A stretch of DNA of 20,000 nt from Chiloscyllium plagiosum (lineage: Eukaryota): NCBI RefSeq assembly GCF_004010195.1, contig NC_057752.1, forward strand, positions 3,267,753 to 3,287,752, in the 5' to 3' direction. Positions 18,821 to 20,000 of this stretch are shown in pieces. A model generated the notes under the pieces. It made no database searches, was not told where the DNA came from, and saw only the letters and a program-made list of their open reading frames with translations. The position numbers and the translations under genes are program-made. Numbering within the stretch: position 1 is the stretch's first letter; each line of letters opens with the position of its first letter.

Positions 18821-19907
18821 AAGCCCTCTGAAAGCTAGTGCTTCCAAATAAACCTGTTGGACTCTAGCCTGGCGTTGTGTGATTTTTAACTTTGTCCACC
18901 CCAGTCCAACACCGGCATCTCCAAATCTTGTCATTGTGTGCACGGGTGTCAAGATTCCAAGTAACCCAACAGCAAAGAAAAAAACAATCGGTTTTATTTT
19001 CTGGGTTTAAATGATACACACAGCGCCATTCACTAACTGAATGGCAGCTCTTGTAAACTTGACTGATTTCAGTTTCGATTAATCCAGCTGCTGATTCGGA
19101 GCTTTAATAGTTCGAGGGAGATCTCAATTGTGAATGGTGGTGACATTAATGGATGAATCCTTAATGCATTCCTTCGTCTGCTATTTTAACACAGAGATTA
19201 TGCAATTTGTCAGACTCAAATGTTCAGTGATCTCTTGCCACGAAGTGTGTTTCCTCAGAATATTAACTTTTATCTAAGTTATTCAGATTGGAAAAGGATG
19301 GTTAGTGAGGGCGACTTGTTTAAAGCATAGCCTATACTCACAGGAGCCTTGGACGTTGGTTTGCTGTGCTATGTAGCAGGAGAATTGGTGCTCAACTGCA
19401 TGGCTTATCACTAGTCACAACTCATTCGTTCTATTAAAACTAAATTCCCAGGTATAACTCTATACACAGTCACCAGGAATGTAGTACATAGGTGGCAAGC
19501 TGTAAAAGTCAAAGTGGACTCAGATGTAATCTTGAAAACAATAAGGCGCCAGAAAGGGTCTCAAATCAGACACAGCCTTTGGTCTTGATCGCTGGTGAGA
19601 ACAATCACAGCAAGCACAATTTTGGGGTGTATTACACTGGATGCTCAGAAAGTACAGTGGCTCCCTGCATTCAGCCTCGTTAGGATTACATTTTCACTCC
19701 CTTCCCAAAACCCGACCTGCTGGAAATTTCCCCGGAAGGTGGGTTTTAATTCTGGCCAAGTTGCAGTTGGACATGTAACACCTGCAGACCGCCGAAGCAG
19801 CCACAGGGGCAGCTGAGGTGAGGGCGGTTTGGGTTAACAGGATCTGACCCATCAATCCAGCTCGAATCAAAACAGGCCAAGGCTCATTTCTCATATCCCA
19901 TCACCCA

Positions 19908-20000
19908 TCCACACACAGACACTGTCTCTCTCTCTCTCACACACACACTCACAGCCATACACACTCACACACACTCATACACACTCAATCACACTCTCTC
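19908..20000. repeat. (CA)/(CT) low-complexity microsatellite
   Basis: Direct reading. Confidence 0.9.

Larger units (their letters stand above)
18164..18927. mobile_element. Inverted-PLE composite unit with 11-bp TSD
   Basis: Minus-oriented PLE terminus at 18164-18260 and plus-oriented terminus at 18817-18927. TTGTCATTGTG occurs at 18153-18163 and 18928-18938. Confidence 0.78.

Noticed and set aside
18171..18851. His/Thr- and Val/Cys-rich ORFs
   Set aside because: They are translations of (CA)/(TG) microsatellites.

Overview
Eukaryotic, transposon-dense DNA with no recognisable intact host gene, most likely from a shark or other elasmobranch (HE1-type SINEs and HER1/CR1 LINE 3' ends). It reads as intronic or intergenic sequence. 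It contains many nested, 5'-truncated CR1 LINEs, three Rex1/Babar-like LINE fragments, HE1 and DeuSINE-like SINEs, a 723-bp solo LTR, microsatellites and a 122-nt assembly gap. The most notable layer is about ten Penelope-like element (PLE) remnants. Several carry minimal type-I hammerhead ribozyme motifs (CUGANGA-A-stem II-GAAA-NN-UH), are flanked by target-site duplications (TSDs), start a few nt upstream of the ribozyme core, or form fold-back hairpins. One inverted-PLE unit with an 11-bp TSD encloses a 100-bp exon-like segment. Repeat-free islands include a CpG-rich stretch (~13.25-13.68 kb) and a nuclear-receptor half-site cluster (~16.14-16.44 kb). Family names come from recalled consensus motifs, not database searches, and boundaries of old elements are approximate.
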